From: Azolla caroliniana
Taxonomy: Eukaryota > Plantae > Polypodiophyta
Length of the DNA: 64,000 nucleotides
Assembly (NCBI GenBank): GCA_043228905.1
Contig: JBHGNT010000011.1
Location: 7,626,001 to 7,690,000, forward strand
Direction of reading: 5' to 3'
Both the position numbers and the translations under genes were made by a program. The first letter of the stretch is position 1; every line of letters starts with the position of its first letter. Shown here piece after piece: positions 63,163 through 64,000 of the stretch. The notes under the pieces were generated by a model, which was given only the letters and a program-made list of their open reading frames with translations, was not told the origin of the DNA and did no database searches.

Positions 63163-64000
63163 ACCGGGTCATTTGAAACAGGTAATATGTCGTATTCTCT
63201 TTTGGCATAGTTGGCCAGATGTAGAAAAGTACCCTATTTTAGCCTGATATCGAAAATATACGATGCATGCGTACCCCTTTTGCGACTTGATGGTTAAATA
63301 TAGAACAAAAAAAACCTAGCAATTACTAAATTGTATATGTGTCCACATTCGTGTCAATTTGCATATCATGGAGCACAATTGAAGACTTGGTTCAATATAA
63401 AGTTCTAAAATTGGTATCCATATTCATATTGTAGAGTAAAACTACATAAACCGTAATTATAAATATGTGGTTTTGGGTTTAGGAATAAAGTAGTACCCCA
63501 CTTGTTGGACGGGTATATCGATAGTTTCATTGTATAATGTCATATAGTTCATGACAATGTAATTGGTAAGAGTAACAATTACGTACGACATTCATTTATA
63601 CTATGTGGAACCAGTAGACTTGAACCGTAGGTAACTAAAAACCTCTTATTATCAAAAACATTCGCCTTTTCATATACAGTCATGCTAACGGAAATGAGAA
63701 ATTACAATATCATGTTAATATCTCAAACTGAAGAAGAGCATGGTGACCAATTATATGTAAATACAAACAACGGTTCCAATAATGATTAAAAAGGGAAATT
63801 ATGAACAGGTGAATTTAATTAAACGATAAACAATTACAGATGTTCTCATATACAAATATAATATGAAGTGATGGTGAACATTATGCCTCAAAATCCTCAA
63901 TTTTTACATTACGCCATCTACATCAATCTATAAGCAAATCAGGCAGAGCAGGCTCCTCTGGCGCTGATTGTTCTAGACTGTTTTCATTCGTGTCATCTCC
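63163..64000 (-). mobile_element. Probable second, diverged hAT-related fragment
   Basis: 63165-63290 resembles 41344-41470 of the hAT; the rest is unassigned AT-rich DNA. Confidence 0.4.

Overview
Eukaryotic, almost entirely transposon-derived DNA. It is most likely from a seed-free land plant such as a fern, inferred from the mix of Tcn1-like chromovirus, Trp-primed non-chromoviral gypsy and Sola2-type elements. The window is a deep stack of nested insertions whose junctions can be read from LTR termini, PBS/PPT sites and target-site duplications (TSDs). It holds at least eight Ty1/copia copies or fragments, two Ty3/gypsy elements, degraded hAT sequence, and an intronless P2B Ca2+-ATPase (ACA) pseudogene split by a 29.6-kb nest (TSD TCTTC). 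The most notable object is an 11.9-kb Sola2-type DNA transposon (44887-56810; 26-bp TIRs, 4-bp TSD GGAT). It carries a spliced DDD transposase, a convergent five-exon RING-H2 accessory gene, a captured URB2-like host exon, and three independent intronic tandem arrays built on a GTAC core, an architecture reminiscent of a TE-encoded sequence-specific regulator plus its target arrays. Other unexplained structure includes antisense tRNA-like A/B-box modules in three different LTR families, a conserved hairpin displaying the PPT in one copia family, and an almost exact 1000-bp tandem duplication. Family assignments rest on motif recognition by eye; no searches were run.
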